In this document: in pieces, positions 1-10,448 of the stretch | Layout: every line of letters starts with the position of its first letter | How positions within the stretch are numbered: the stretch's first letter is position 1 | NCBI GenBank assembly: GCA_052390515.1 | Contig: JBQTGV010000179.1 | Span: forward strand, 1-63,662 | Reading direction: 5' to 3' | Source: Candidatus Eiseniibacteriota bacterium | GTDB lineage: Bacteria; ARS69 | DNA: 63,662 bases | Position numbers and translations under genes: made by a program | The notes under the pieces: model-generated | Seen by the model: only the letters and a program-made list of their open reading frames with translations | Told to the model about the DNA's origin: nothing | Database searches by the model: none

Positions 1-503
1 TCCCGCTCCAGCATCCGGGCCACTGTGAACCGGGACGTGAGCTCGAGCAGCTTCTCGAGGTCCATCCCCGCGAACCACTCGCCGTTGAAGCGAAGCTCGC
101 AGCGCCCTGCATCCAGGATCTTGAAGAACTGCGTTTGGTAGGTCTTCGCGTTCTCCAGGATCTCCTCGCGGGTGAGGCGCGGCCGCGTCTCGTTCCGTCC
201 GCTCGGGTCGCCGACCATCGCGGTGTAGTCTCCGACGATGAGCACCACGTGGTGCCCGAGGGACTGGAAGCGCTCCAAGACCCGCAGTCCGACAGAGTGC
301 CCGAGGTGGATGTCGGGTGCGGTGGGGTCGAAGCCCTGCTTGACCCGCAGGGGCCTGCCCTCGCTCCGGGACCGCTCCAGCTTCTGACGCAGCTCATCCT
401 CGGTGAGGATCTGCTCGAGGCCCTCCCGGACGACCGCCAGCTGCCTCTCTGCGGGGGCGAAGCCCAATGGGACCCTCTCCGAGGATCGAGTGCGATGCGC
501 CAT
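1..503 (-). CDS. tyrS: Tyrosyl-tRNA synthetase, N-terminal part (runs off window start)
   Basis: Manual minus-strand translation from ATG 503 gives RPLRVKQGFDPTAPDIHLGH (HIGH-type motif), LIVGDYTAMVGDPSGRNETRP and FNGEWF, all typical of TyrRS. Not in the ORF track because it is truncated. Confidence 0.95.
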   Translation of the reverse strand, partial: MAHRTRSSERVPLGFAPAERQLAVVREGLEQILTEDELRQKLERSRSEGRPLRVKQGFDPTAPDIHLGHSVGLRVLERFQSLGHHVVLIVGDYTAMVGDPSGRNETRPRLTREEILENAKTYQTQFFKILDAGRCELRFNGEWFAGMDLEKLLELTSRFTVARMLER

Positions 504-638
504 GGTAGCGACTCGCCCGGGCCGCGACGAGCCCATTCCTGACCGGTTTGACCGCCTGCCACTCCCGCTCTTACCATTGAGCGGAACGTCTCGCTCCTTC
601 GACCCGTCGTCGGATCCTCGTCCAGCTCCCGGAGTCCC

Positions 639-2927
639 ATGATGACCTCGCGCCTCACCGCCCCGACGCTGTTCGTCCTCCTGGCTCTCGCCGGCACCGT
701 GCTCGCAGTCGACCTCGCCCCGTATCCCGCCACCGGCAGCGGGCGGGCGTCCATCCGAGTGCTGGTGACGCCGCGGGACAAGGCCGCGTTTCGGGATATC
801 GTGAGCTCGGACATGGACGTCACCGAGATCCACGGGGGCCACGTGGACCTTCTGGTCACTCCGGAGCAGCTCGCCGAGATCGAGGCCCGCGGAAACTCGT
901 CGCAAGTCGTCAATGAGGACGTGTACGCCAGCACGCCGCTCCGAGGCGGTAGCTGGCTCTCCGAGTACATGTCGTACTCGGAGGCGGTGGCTGCCCTGAA
1001 CAGCCTGACCTCGACCTACCCGTCTCTCACGTCTCTCTCGGCGATTGGTACGAGCATCCAGGGAAGATCGCTTTGGGCTCTGAAGATCTCCGACAACCCA
1101 CTGGTCGACGAGGACGAGCCCGAGGTCCTGGTGATGGGGAATCACCACGCGCGCGAAGTCATCTCCGTCATCATCCCCATGGCTCTCGCCGACAGCCTGC
1201 TGACGAATTACGGCAGCGACGCGACGTTCACGCAATGGGTGGACGAGCGTGAGACGTGGATCGTACCCGTCGTGAACCCGGACGGTCTGGTGTATGTCGA
1301 GTCGACGGACCTCTTCTGGCGAAAGAACCGGCGTCTGAACGCCGGTGGCAGCGTCGGCGTCGACCCCAATCGCAACTACGCGTACGAGTGGGGCCACGAC
1401 AGCAACGGATCGAGCGGGAGTGGTTCGTCCGAAACCTATCGGGGAACGGCGGCTGCGTCGGAGCCGGAGGTCGCGGCGATCCAGGCGTTCGTGGACTCGC
1501 GTGAGTTCGTCTTCAGCATCTCGTACCACAGCTTCTCGAACCTCGTGCTGTGGGGGCCGGGGTACAAGCCGGGGCTGCCGGAGGACCAGGACATCTTCGT
1601 GGGATTCGGCGAGCTCGCGACGCAGTCGAACCTGTACCTGCCGGGGAACCCCGCGTCCGGCGCGATCTACATCACGAACGGCGACGCTGACGACTGGTTG
1701 TACCTCGCCGGTTCGCACGCGAAGATCTTCGCCTTCACGCCCGAAGTGGGATCGTCCTCCGACTACTTCAATCCGCCCGCGAGCCGGATCCCCACTCTGG
1801 TCATCGAGGGTCTCGACCCGAGCTTCGTAGCGCTGGAACACGCCGACCGCCCCGGCCGGCTCGCACCCCCCGGGCAGCCGACGATGGACCCCCTGCCGAC
1901 CAGCTCCGACGGATCGTTCGACGTCACCTGGTCGGCTCCGGTCGTCGCGGACACCGAGGTGGTTTCCTACGAGCTCACCGAGAAGACAGGCCCCGGCGTC
2001 GTCACCGACGACGTGGATTCGGCGGCGCTCCCCTTCGACCTCGGAGGATGGACGGAGTCCACGAACCGCGCTTTCTCTGGAAGCAAGAGCCTCTACTCCG
2101 GCGCGGCGAACAACCTGAACCGCATCTGCCTGGCGCGCGAGCCGTACATCGTGCAACCGGGAGACTCCTTCTCATTCCGGGCGTGGTACAACATCGAGGT
2201 CAATTGGGATTACGCCTATGCCGTTGTCTCGACGGATGGCGGCCGCACGTTCACGAACCTGGCCGGAACGGCGACGACCATGTCCGATCCGAACGGAAAC
2301 AACGCGGACAATGGGATCACCGGCTCGAGCTCCGCGTGGTCGCTGCACTCGTACAGCCTGGCGGCGTATGTCGGGCTCCCCGTGTGGCTCGGCGTCCGCT
2401 ACTACACGGACGCAGGAGTCGCGCCCGAGGGCATCTACGTAGACGACGTCTGGCCGGTCCAGACCTGGGCGACGGTCTCGGTGGTCTCTTCCGGAATCAG
2501 TGGAACGACCTACCCGATCTTCGGCAGAGGCGAAGGCACCTACTACTATTCGGTCCGCGGGGTGGACGCCGAGGGGGATTGGGGTTACCGGTCCGCGGAC
2601 GAACCGGTCGTCGTGCACCTGTCGACCGGAGCACCGCTCGCGAGCCAGTCCGTGTTCTTCCTCGGCAAGCCGGTCCCCAATCCGTCAGGAGGTTCCACGA
2701 TGGTTCGCTTCGGCCTCGCCGGCTCCACCGAGCACACGCTGATCGTTCATGACATCGCGGGCCGGCGCGTCCGGGTGCTCTCCTCCGGGATCGCCCGCGC
2801 CGGCACGCACACGGTCCGCTGGGACGGGCGCGACGACCGGGGGAACCCCGTCGCGTCCGGGGTTTACGTCTACCGCCTGAGCTCGCCGGCAGGCGACCGC
2901 GTCGAGCGCGCGACCGTGCTCCGCTAG
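639..2927 (+). CDS. Secreted M14 zinc carboxypeptidase (carboxypeptidase T-like) with an immune-inhibitor-A-like beta domain and C-terminal FlgD-Ig/T9SS-like domain
   Basis: Signal peptide; HHARE zinc motif, NPDG, WRKNR, GVDPNRNY, SYHSF, FTPEVG; C-terminal PNP...HDIAGRRVRVL...WDGRDDRG...SGVYVYRL. Confidence 0.9.
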   Translation: MMTSRLTAPTLFVLLALAGTVLAVDLAPYPATGSGRASIRVLVTPRDKAAFRDIVSSDMDVTEIHGGHVDLLVTPEQLAEIEARGNSSQVVNEDVYASTPLRGGSWLSEYMSYSEAVAALNSLTSTYPSLTSLSAIGTSIQGRSLWALKISDNPLVDEDEPEVLVMGNHHAREVISVIIPMALADSLLTNYGSDATFTQWVDERETWIVPVVNPDGLVYVESTDLFWRKNRRLNAGGSVGVDPNRNYAYEWGHDSNGSSGSGSSETYRGTAAASEPEVAAIQAFVDSREFVFSISYHSFSNLVLWGPGYKPGLPEDQDIFVGFGELATQSNLYLPGNPASGAIYITNGDADDWLYLAGSHAKIFAFTPEVGSSSDYFNPPASRIPTLVIEGLDPSFVALEHADRPGRLAPPGQPTMDPLPTSSDGSFDVTWSAPVVADTEVVSYELTEKTGPGVVTDDVDSAALPFDLGGWTESTNRAFSGSKSLYSGAANNLNRICLAREPYIVQPGDSFSFRAWYNIEVNWDYAYAVVSTDGGRTFTNLAGTATTMSDPNGNNADNGITGSSSAWSLHSYSLAAYVGLPVWLGVRYYTDAGVAPEGIYVDDVWPVQTWATVSVVSSGISGTTYPIFGRGEGTYYYSVRGVDAEGDWGYRSADEPVVVHLSTGAPLASQSVFFLGKPVPNPSGGSTMVRFGLAGSTEHTLIVHDIAGRRVRVLSSGIARAGTHTVRWDGRDDRGNPVASGVYVYRLSSPAGDRVERATVLR

Positions 2928-2991
2928 AGAGCGCGGCCCGCCGGGCACGGACGTCCGGCGAGGGAAGGGCGGACAGGCAGGGGGAAGGGCC

Positions 2992-5196
2992 GTGACCGAA
3001 CTCGGAACAGCGCCTCCTCGGGAGGCCGTGGACGCAGGGAACACGCAGCCGACCGCTCCGGCCGGGGGCGCTCCCGCGCCGCCCCCTCCGAAGAGGTTCG
3101 CGCCGTCCTTCGTGCGCACCTGGGCGTTCCTGACGCTGCTGCTCCTGTTCCTCGGCGGCGGCGCCTTCGTCGCGGCCCTCCTGCGATTCCAGCGCGAGCT
3201 GCCCTCCACCGCGCACCTGGAGCGCATCGAGCCGCCCTCCAACACGCGCATCTTCGACCGCGGAGGCGAATCGCTCGGCGACCTCTTCGCCGAAGACCGC
3301 CTCATCGTGCCGCTCGAGGAAGTGCCTGCTCACCTGATCGACGCCGTATTGGCGACCGAGGACCGGAGCTTCTACGACCACTGGGGCATCCAACCGACCG
3401 CGCTGCTGCGAGCCGTGGCGGCCAACCTGCGTTCCGGGCGTACCTCCCAGGGAGGCAGCACGATCACTCAGCAACTCGCCAGGAACCTGTTCCTCACGCA
3501 CGAGCGCACGTTCACCCGCAAGATCAAGGAAGCCCTTCTCACCGTCCGCCTCGAGCGCATCTACTCCAAGGACGAGATCCTGGCGATGTACTTCAACCAG
3601 ATCTACTACGGCCACGGCGCACACGGTGCGAAGTCCGCCGCGCGCGAGTACTTCGCGAAGGGTCTCGAGGAGCTGTCGCTGGCGGAGTGCGCGCTACTCG
3701 CGGGGATTCCGGCCAACCCGACGCTGTTCGACCCGCGGCGTCGACCGGAGAACGCCCGTGGGCGGCGCGACGTCGTGCTCGACGCGATGGCCGACTTCGA
3801 CAAGATCAGCCGGGACGAGGCCGAAGCGGCGAAGGCGGAGGATCTCGGCGTCGCGGAGCGGACGGAGCGATCCATGCGCGCCCCCTACTTCGTCGAGTTC
3901 GTCCGCCAGCAGCTCATCGAGCGGTATGGTGCGGATCGCCTCTACCGTGACGGGCTGCAGGTCTCGACGACCCTGGACTGGCGCCTCCAGAGCCTCACCG
4001 AGGTCGCCCTGGAGCGCCAGCTGCGCCACCTCGAGCGCCTGAACCGATACTCCGTCGTGCGGGACACGACGTGGATTCCGCCGGATACGCCCTTCGTCAA
4101 TTCGCCGTACCTGCAGGGGGCGGCCGTCATTCTGGACACGAGAACGGGCGAGATCCGGGCGCTCGTCGGGGGACGCAATTACTGGGAGAGCAAGTTCAAC
4201 CGGGCAGTCCAGGCGAAGCGGCAGCCCGGCAGCGCATTCAAGCCATTCGTCTACACGGCCGCGATCGAGAAGGGGTTCGGGCCGTCGCACGTGCTCATCG
4301 ACGAGCCGCTAGTGGTTTCCATGCCGAGCGGACCTCCGTACAAGCCGGAGAACACGAAGCGGGACTTCCAGGGTCCGATGACACTGCGGTACGCGTTGTC
4401 CAAGTCGGTCAACGTCCCAGCCGTCCGAATGATCCTCGAAGTCGGTCCGGAAGCCGCGGTGGACGTGGGACGCCGATGCGGGCTCGAGGGAGTCCTCCCC
4501 TACCCGTCGAGCGCGCTGGGTGCTTCTGAGGTCACCCTCCTCGATCTGACTGCCGCGTACACGGTGTTCCCGAATCAGGGGATCCTCCATCGCCCGTACT
4601 CGATTCTCTCCGTCCGCGATCGGAACGGAGCGGTCCTGGAGCGCGCCGTCCCGGTCAGCGAAGAGGCGCTCTCGTCCCCGGTCGCGGCGATCATGACGAA
4701 CCTGCTCGAGGACGTGATGACCACGGGAACGGGCGCGTCGGCCCGATGGAAGGGCGTGACCGCGCCAGCGGGTGGCAAGACAGGCACGATGGACGACTAC
4801 ATGGACGCGATGTTCGTCGGTTTCACGCCGGCTTACACGATGGGCGTGTGGGTCGGGTTCGACGTGAGGCAGACGCTCGGGTTGGACATGACGGGGACGG
4901 CGGTGGCGCTTCCCGTCTGGATCGACGTGATGAAGGAGGCGCTCGCCGACCTCGAGCTGGAGCCCTTCGAGCTACCCCCCGGCATCATCTGGAGGGAGGT
5001 CTGTCCGGACTCGGGCGTCCTCGCGGTGGCGCGATGCCCGCAGCCCTATCGGGAGATGTTCCTGGAGAATCACGAGCCCCTGGAGGCCTGTCCCGTGCAC
5101 GGGGAGGGCGCGCAGCTCGACCTGAGGGACGAGAGCTCTTTCGAGGAGCTCGACCGCCGGGCCCGGGAGGACGCCGGGCGGAAACGACGGCGCTGA
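2992..5196 (+). CDS. Class A penicillin-binding protein (PBP1A family)
   Basis: N-terminal TM helix; transglycosylase motifs [25 protein letters not shown]; transpeptidase motifs SAFK, SVN, KTG. Confidence 0.95.
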   Translation: MTELGTAPPREAVDAGNTQPTAPAGGAPAPPPPKRFAPSFVRTWAFLTLLLLFLGGGAFVAALLRFQRELPSTAHLERIEPPSNTRIFDRGGESLGDLFAEDRLIVPLEEVPAHLIDAVLATEDRSFYDHWGIQPTALLRAVAANLRSGRTSQGGSTITQQLARNLFLTHERTFTRKIKEALLTVRLERIYSKDEILAMYFNQIYYGHGAHGAKSAAREYFAKGLEELSLAECALLAGIPANPTLFDPRRRPENARGRRDVVLDAMADFDKISRDEAEAAKAEDLGVAERTERSMRAPYFVEFVRQQLIERYGADRLYRDGLQVSTTLDWRLQSLTEVALERQLRHLERLNRYSVVRDTTWIPPDTPFVNSPYLQGAAVILDTRTGEIRALVGGRNYWESKFNRAVQAKRQPGSAFKPFVYTAAIEKGFGPSHVLIDEPLVVSMPSGPPYKPENTKRDFQGPMTLRYALSKSVNVPAVRMILEVGPEAAVDVGRRCGLEGVLPYPSSALGASEVTLLDLTAAYTVFPNQGILHRPYSILSVRDRNGAVLERAVPVSEEALSSPVAAIMTNLLEDVMTTGTGASARWKGVTAPAGGKTGTMDDYMDAMFVGFTPAYTMGVWVGFDVRQTLGLDMTGTAVALPVWIDVMKEALADLELEPFELPPGIIWREVCPDSGVLAVARCPQPYREMFLENHEPLEACPVHGEGAQLDLRDESSFEELDRRAREDAGRKRRR

Positions 5197-5233
5197 GCCG
5201 AGAGGGAGGCCCACTACCCGACCACCGCCGCCC

Positions 5234-5262
5234 TTGCACGGCGGAGCCGGAGCCGGTATATT
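5234..5262 (+). promoter_or_regulatory. Putative sigma70 promoter of rpmG-rpmB
   Basis: TTGCAC-N17-TATATT about 30 nt upstream of the rpmG start. Confidence 0.6.
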
Positions 5263-5293
5263 CGCCGGCCGATCCGCCACCCGGGAGGGGAAC

Positions 5294-5461
5294 GTGGCCA
5301 AGGCCGTCCGCGAAAAGATCCGGCTCGTTTCGAGCGCCGGCACCGGGTACTTCTACACGACGACGAAGAACCGCCGAACGCATCCGGACAAGGTCAAGTG
5401 CATGAAGTACGACCCGAAGGTCCGGAAGCACGTGGAGTTCGTCGAACAGAAGATGAAGTAG
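5294..5461 (+). CDS. rpmG: 50S ribosomal protein L33 (zinc-free type)
   Basis: GTG start after [30 protein letters not shown]...[12 protein letters not shown]. Confidence 0.97.
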   Translation: MAKAVREKIRLVSSAGTGYFYTTTKNRRTHPDKVKCMKYDPKVRKHVEFVEQKMK

Positions 5462-5484
5462 CCCGAGGTAGTCCAGGAGGCGTC

Positions 5485-5721
5485 ATGAGCAGGGTGTGTC
5501 AGGTCACGGGAATCCATACCCGGACCGGGAATAGCGTCAGCCATGCCAACAACAAGACCAAGCGCCAGTGGAAGCCGAACCTGGTGACCAAACGCTACTA
5601 CCTCGAGGAAGAGGCTCGCTGGATCTCCCTCCGCCTCTCGGTCAAGGGCATGAAGGTCATCGACAAGCGCGGCCTCGCCGCCGTCGTGCGGGATCTTCGC
5701 AGGCGCGGCATCAAGGTCTGA
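5485..5721 (+). CDS. rpmB: 50S ribosomal protein L28
   Basis: ATG after [15 protein letters not shown]...[19 protein letters not shown]. Confidence 0.97.
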   Translation: MSRVCQVTGIHTRTGNSVSHANNKTKRQWKPNLVTKRYYLEEEARWISLRLSVKGMKVIDKRGLAAVVRDLRRRGIKV

Positions 5722-7714
5722 CCGACCCGAGAGCGCGCAGCTCCTCCAGCTTCTCCGCCGCCGCTTCGTACCCCGGATTCAGGCGCAACGCCGACAGGTA
5801 GGCCGCCTCGGCCTCGTCCGTGCGCCCGAGTTCGGCCAGCGCATCGCCGAGCTTCTTGTGCGCCGAAGCCAGGTCGGGATTCACGCGCACCGCCTCCCCG
5901 AGCGATGCCGCAGCCTCCGCCGCGCGACCGATTCGCAGCTGCGCGTCGCCGAGGTTCTTCCAGGCCACCGCGAACCGAGGGTGCGCGCGGACCGCCGCAC
6001 GGAACTCGGGGAGAGCCTCCTCGGCCCTCCCGTCTTCCACGAGCTCCTCACCGAGGCGGTTTCGCGCGAGAAAGTGGTTCTGATCGAGGGCGATCGCCCG
6101 GCGGTACGATTCGAGGGCCTCGTCGCGACGGTTCGCGCGGACCAGGACCTCACCGAGCCGGAAGTGCGCCTCGGCCGAGTGCCCGAAGCGGGCCGCGAGC
6201 GCCTCCCGCTCGCGGGCGGCCCCCGCCGCATCGCCCAGGCGAAGAAGCAGATCGGCCTCGTCGTCCGCGAGCCTCCAGTCGTCCGGGTGTTCCGCGCGCA
6301 TCGCGCGCACCTCGGCCAACGCCTTGCGGAGGTGATGCGGCGCCGACAGCGGCTCCAGCGCGGCCTCCTCCGCGTCGATTCGAGCCCGCCACGCGTCCGC
6401 GTCGGCGGCCTGGGCGAAGGGTGGACGCTCCCGTCGCGCGCGCATGGTGCGCACCGTCTCGAGCCGCTTCCAGGACGCGTAGCCGATCCGCGACGCGCAG
6501 GCCTCGGCTTCGGGAATGCGCCCGAGGCCGCGGTCCCCGTCGGCCGGCGCGGGCAGTGCCGCCAACAGCGCTTCGACGAGCGCCCGCGCGATCACCCAGT
6601 TCCCCGCCAGGTTCGGGTGCACGTGGTCGTCGAAGAGCTCCGCTCCGGGGATCCCCGCGGGACTCGCTGCGTCGAGCCGAGCCGTTGCGTCCGCGAGGAC
6701 GACCCCTCGTCCACGCCGTCGATCGGCGACCTCGCGCAGGGCGCGCTGGACCCCGGAGTCCGCACGGAAGCGCAGCAGGTCGAGGTCCAAGGCGGCCAGG
6801 AGCTCGCGCCGGGCGCCGCTCGAGTCGCCCGTGGCCAGCAGCCGCTCTCCCTCCCGCCAGCGCACCTCCGCCCGCCGTGACGGATCCGCATGATCGGACG
6901 AGGCGAACGGCGCGCAGCTGCGCACGTTGACCCCGACCGTGGACAGGACCACGGGAACGCCTCTACGCGCGGCGGCGTCGCAGATGTCCTCGAGGTTGGC
7001 GCGGAAGCTCCCATGAACGACCGCGAGCCTCGGGTCGTCGCTCTCCAGCCGCGTGCCCAGGAAGAGCTCCAGGCCGCCCCACGACCGCGGCTCCTCCCCG
7101 CCTCGCGTCAAGCCGGAGAGCGCGCCTTCGAGCACCTGCCCGAGCCGGGTCGATTTCACGAGCACGTGGGTTCGCACCAGGCGAAGCCCGGCGCCGGGGG
7201 TTCCGAACACCGAGCCCGCGCCGAAGGGGCCCACCACCTCGTTGTTGCCGGCGTACACGAGTAGTGCGTCCGCCCCCTGCTCGAGACAGTCCTCGGCGAT
7301 GGGCAGCATGACGTGCGAGTTGATCGCGGTCATCGCGGCGTTGACGACCTCGATGCGCAGATCCGGCCGGCAGACTTCCAGCATTGCCTGGACGATCCGC
7401 GGGATGCCCGCGTCCGGGTCCGGATCGCCCATTGCCGCGGACTCACCGAGAATGCACACTCGAAGGTTGTCCGCGGGCTCCACGGCGGGAATCGAGAACG
7501 GTTCCGGCGCGCGGGCCACGTCGCGGTTGAAGAAGCGCCAGCCGAAGCGTGGATTGTCGGTCAGCACGCGGGACCCGGCGACCCGGCGCTCGATGAAGAA
7601 GCCAGGCTCGTAGCCCACACCGGCGAGCCGCAGAGCAACCTCGACCAGAGCGAGAAACGCCGCCGGAAGGAGCACGGCGGCGACCGTGAAGACGAGCGCT
7701 TTCCCCCGCGACAT
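5711..7714 (-). CDS. Membrane-anchored SGNH/GDSL-like hydrolase with C-terminal TPR repeats
   Basis: N-terminal TM helix; SGNH blocks [21 protein letters not shown]; several TPRs ([24 protein letters not shown]). Confidence 0.8.
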   Translation of the reverse strand: MSRGKALVFTVAAVLLPAAFLALVEVALRLAGVGYEPGFFIERRVAGSRVLTDNPRFGWRFFNRDVARAPEPFSIPAVEPADNLRVCILGESAAMGDPDPDAGIPRIVQAMLEVCRPDLRIEVVNAAMTAINSHVMLPIAEDCLEQGADALLVYAGNNEVVGPFGAGSVFGTPGAGLRLVRTHVLVKSTRLGQVLEGALSGLTRGGEEPRSWGGLELFLGTRLESDDPRLAVVHGSFRANLEDICDAAARRGVPVVLSTVGVNVRSCAPFASSDHADPSRRAEVRWREGERLLATGDSSGARRELLAALDLDLLRFRADSGVQRALREVADRRRGRGVVLADATARLDAASPAGIPGAELFDDHVHPNLAGNWVIARALVEALLAALPAPADGDRGLGRIPEAEACASRIGYASWKRLETVRTMRARRERPPFAQAADADAWRARIDAEEAALEPLSAPHHLRKALAEVRAMRAEHPDDWRLADDEADLLLRLGDAAGAAREREALAARFGHSAEAHFRLGEVLVRANRRDEALESYRRAIALDQNHFLARNRLGEELVEDGRAEEALPEFRAAVRAHPRFAVAWKNLGDAQLRIGRAAEAAASLGEAVRVNPDLASAHKKLGDALAELGRTDEAEAAYLSALRLNPGYEAAAEKLEELRALGSVRP

Positions 7715-9037
7715 CTACGTGCCCGGTCCGGAGAGCACCAGTGGGCGAAGCTCGGGCGCGGCGTCGTCGATCCGCACGGCGCGTTCGAGCCGAGCTGCGG
7801 CCCGATCTGCCGCGTCCTGCGTGCGGGCATGCACCGTCGCCCAGGAGTCGCCGCCGTCGACCGCGTCCCCGAGCTTGGCCCGGAAGACGAAGCCCACCGC
7901 CGGATCCACGGGATCGCCGACGCGCGCGCGCCCCGCTCCCAGCTCGTTCGCCGCGAGTCCGATCTCGCGCGTGTCGAGTGCGCCGATCCAACCCGTCCGC
8001 GCAACGCGAACCTCGACCTGAATGGGTGCCTGCGGGAGCCGCCCCGCGTCATCGCAGACTCGCTCGTCGCCACCCTGGGCGGCCACGAACCGCCGGAATC
8101 GATCGAGCGCCGCTCCGGAGGCGATCGCCTTCGCCAGAGCCTCGCGGGCCGTCTCCCGATCGGCCCGGACGCCGGCGAGGAGCAGCATCTCCGCGCCCAG
8201 CACGAGCACGAGCTCGCGGACGTCCTCGGGCCCCTCGCCACGCAGCACGTCGATCGATTCGGCGATCTCGAGCGCGTTGCCGACGGCGCGACCGAGCGGC
8301 TGGTCCATGGACGTGACCAGAGCCACGGCCTTCTTCTCCATCTCCGAGGAGACCGCGACGAGCACCCGCGCGAGCTCCTCGGCCTGCGCGCGCTCTCGGA
8401 GGAACGCGCCGGATCCGGCCTTCACGTCGAGGACGAGCCCCTGGACGCCAGCCGCATACTTCTTGGAGAGGATGCTGGCGGTGATGAGCGGGATGCTCGG
8501 GACCGTGCCGGTCACGTCGCGGAGCGCGTAGAGCTCTCGGTCCGCCGGCGCGAGACTCGAGCCGGCGCCCACGATGGAGAACCCGACATCGCCGACGACG
8601 CGGCGGAACTCGGGCGGACCGAGGTTGGTGCGAAGGCCGGGAATGGACTCGAGCTTGTCGAGCGTGCCGCCGGTGTGTCCGAGACCGCGACCCGAGATCA
8701 TGGGCACGGTCACGCCGGCCGCGGCGGCCGCCGGTGCGAGCGGGATGGAGATCTTGTCGCCCACGCCCCCGGTCGAGTGCTTGTCGACCTTGATGCCGGG
8801 CAGGTCGGAGAGATCCAGCACCTCTCCGGACTCCATCATGAGCCGGGTGAGCGAAGCTGTCTCCCGCTCGGACATGCCGCGGAACACGACCGCCATGAGC
8901 CACGCCGCGACCTGATACGACGGCACCGAACCGTCCAGCAGCCCGCGGAGGAGCTCGGCGAGCTCCTCGGGAGACGTCTCGAGCCCGTCGCGCTTGCGCT
9001 CGATGATCTCCGGCACGGGGACCCGCCGGGCGCTCAT
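7715..9037 (-). CDS. pdp: Pyrimidine-nucleoside/thymidine phosphorylase
   Basis: KVDKHSTGGVGDK, MISGRGLGHTGGTLDKLESIPG, LYALRDVT, SILSKK. Confidence 0.96.
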   Translation of the reverse strand: MSARRVPVPEIIERKRDGLETSPEELAELLRGLLDGSVPSYQVAAWLMAVVFRGMSERETASLTRLMMESGEVLDLSDLPGIKVDKHSTGGVGDKISIPLAPAAAAAGVTVPMISGRGLGHTGGTLDKLESIPGLRTNLGPPEFRRVVGDVGFSIVGAGSSLAPADRELYALRDVTGTVPSIPLITASILSKKYAAGVQGLVLDVKAGSGAFLRERAQAEELARVLVAVSSEMEKKAVALVTSMDQPLGRAVGNALEIAESIDVLRGEGPEDVRELVLVLGAEMLLLAGVRADRETAREALAKAIASGAALDRFRRFVAAQGGDERVCDDAGRLPQAPIQVEVRVARTGWIGALDTREIGLAANELGAGRARVGDPVDPAVGFVFRAKLGDAVDGGDSWATVHARTQDAADRAAARLERAVRIDDAAPELRPLVLSGPGT

Positions 9038-9879
9038 CCCGACCGGCCGGACCCGCGCACGATCTCCAGCGAAGCGCTCGCCCCGATGCGCGTGGCGCCG
9101 GCCTCGATCATCTTGCGCGCCGCCTCGGCGTCGCGGATCCCGCCCGCGGCTTTCACTCCCATCTCCGGACCGACGACGCGGCGCATCAGAGCCACGTCCT
9201 CGACCGTCGCGCCGCCGGCCGCGAACCCCGTCGACGTCTTGACGTAGTCCGCCTCCGCGGCCTTCGCCAGCGCGCAGCCCTCGGCCTTCTCCTCGTCAGT
9301 GAGGAACGAGTTCTCCAGGATCACCTTGACGAGAGCAGCCGGGTGCGACTCGGCGACGACGCCGCGGATGTCGCGCTCCACCGTTCCGTAGTCCTTGGAC
9401 TTGAGCGCCCCGATGTTGATGACCATGTCCAGCTCCGTCGCGCCGTCGAGGATGGCGCGGCGCGCCTCGAAGGCCTTCGTCTCCGGCTTGTTCATCCCGT
9501 GGGGGAACCCGATCACGGTGCACACCGCCACCGGAGAACCCGCCAGCAGATCCGCGCAGACCGGCACCCACCAGGGCTGCACGCACACAGAGGCGAAGGT
9601 GTTCTCGCGCGCCTCGATGCACAGGCGCTCGATCGTCGCGCGGTCGGCGTCGGGACGGAGAATCGTGTGATCGATCATGCGGCCGACTCCCGGCGCGGGC
9701 TTCTCCCCCGGCGTACCGCCCACGCGGCAGATGCCCAGGTCGCGGCACAGGTCCACCATGCCGTCGGCGGGCACGTCCGAGCGCGGCCCCCGCGCCGGCC
9801 GCGAGCCGGTCCGCCGCTCCTCCTCCAGCGCCCGCAGTACCTCGCGGGTGACGCGCTCGATCAGCTCTTCCCGGCTCAC
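9034..9879 (-). CDS. deoC: Deoxyribose-phosphate aldolase with N-terminal extension
   Basis: IDHTILRP, VCTVIGFPHG, ELDMVINIG, YVKTSTGF, VKAAGGIR, RIGAS; about 60 extra N-terminal residues. Confidence 0.96.
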   Translation of the reverse strand: MSREELIERVTREVLRALEEERRTGSRPARGPRSDVPADGMVDLCRDLGICRVGGTPGEKPAPGVGRMIDHTILRPDADRATIERLCIEARENTFASVCVQPWWVPVCADLLAGSPVAVCTVIGFPHGMNKPETKAFEARRAILDGATELDMVINIGALKSKDYGTVERDIRGVVAESHPAALVKVILENSFLTDEEKAEGCALAKAAEADYVKTSTGFAAGGATVEDVALMRRVVGPEMGVKAAGGIRDAEAARKMIEAGATRIGASASLEIVRGSGRSG

Positions 9880-10448
9880 GACTCCAGCTCCACGATCTTC
9901 TGCACGCGGCGCAGGTGCCGACCGCCGCCGTGCTCGGTGGCGAGCCAGACCTGCACCATGCGCAGCGCCAGGGCGAAAGGCACCACCTTCGACCCGAGCG
10001 AGAGCACGTTCGCGTCGTTGTGCTCGCGGCTGTTGCGCACCGTGGCGACGTCGTGGCAGCTCGCGCAGCGGATACCCGGGATCTTGTTGGCCGCCATGGC
10101 CGAGCCGATCCCCGCCGCGTCCACGACGATCCCCGCCTGGCAGGAGCCGTCCGCCACTTGGCGCGCCACGGCCGCGGCGAAGTCGGGATAGTCGACCGCT
10201 TCGTTACCGCGTGTCCCGCAGTCCACGACGTCGTAGCGCCGCGCGCGCAGATGGCGCGCGAGGCTCTCCTTCAGCTCGAATCCCCCGTGGTCGGACCCCA
10301 CCGCGATCCGCTTCGGCGGCCACGGCGCGGGCACGGCGAGCGCGCTCCGCGGGGTCGAGCAGGCGCACGCCGCGCTGTCGGACGCCTCCTGCCGATCGAG
10401 CGCTTCCACCACCCGGCGAACCACCTCGCCGACGACATCGTCCTTCAT
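9876..10448 (-). CDS. rpiB: Ribose-5-phosphate isomerase B with N-terminal extension
   Basis: IAVGSDHGG, VDYPDFA, GIGSAMAANK, SREHNDANVL, GGRHLRRV; ATG 10448 overlaps the cdd stop. The usual catalytic CGTG motif reads DAAG. Confidence 0.92.
   Translation of the reverse strand: MKDDVVGEVVRRVVEALDRQEASDSAACACSTPRSALAVPAPWPPKRIAVGSDHGGFELKESLARHLRARRYDVVDCGTRGNEAVDYPDFAAAVARQVADGSCQAGIVVDAAGIGSAMAANKIPGIRCASCHDVATVRNSREHNDANVLSLGSKVVPFALALRMVQVWLATEHGGGRHLRRVQKIVELES

Noticed and set aside
4990-5100. Cys/His cluster at the PBP1A C-terminus (CPDSG...CP...CPVH)
   Set aside because: Similar C-terminal Cys motifs are common in class A PBPs; not unusual.
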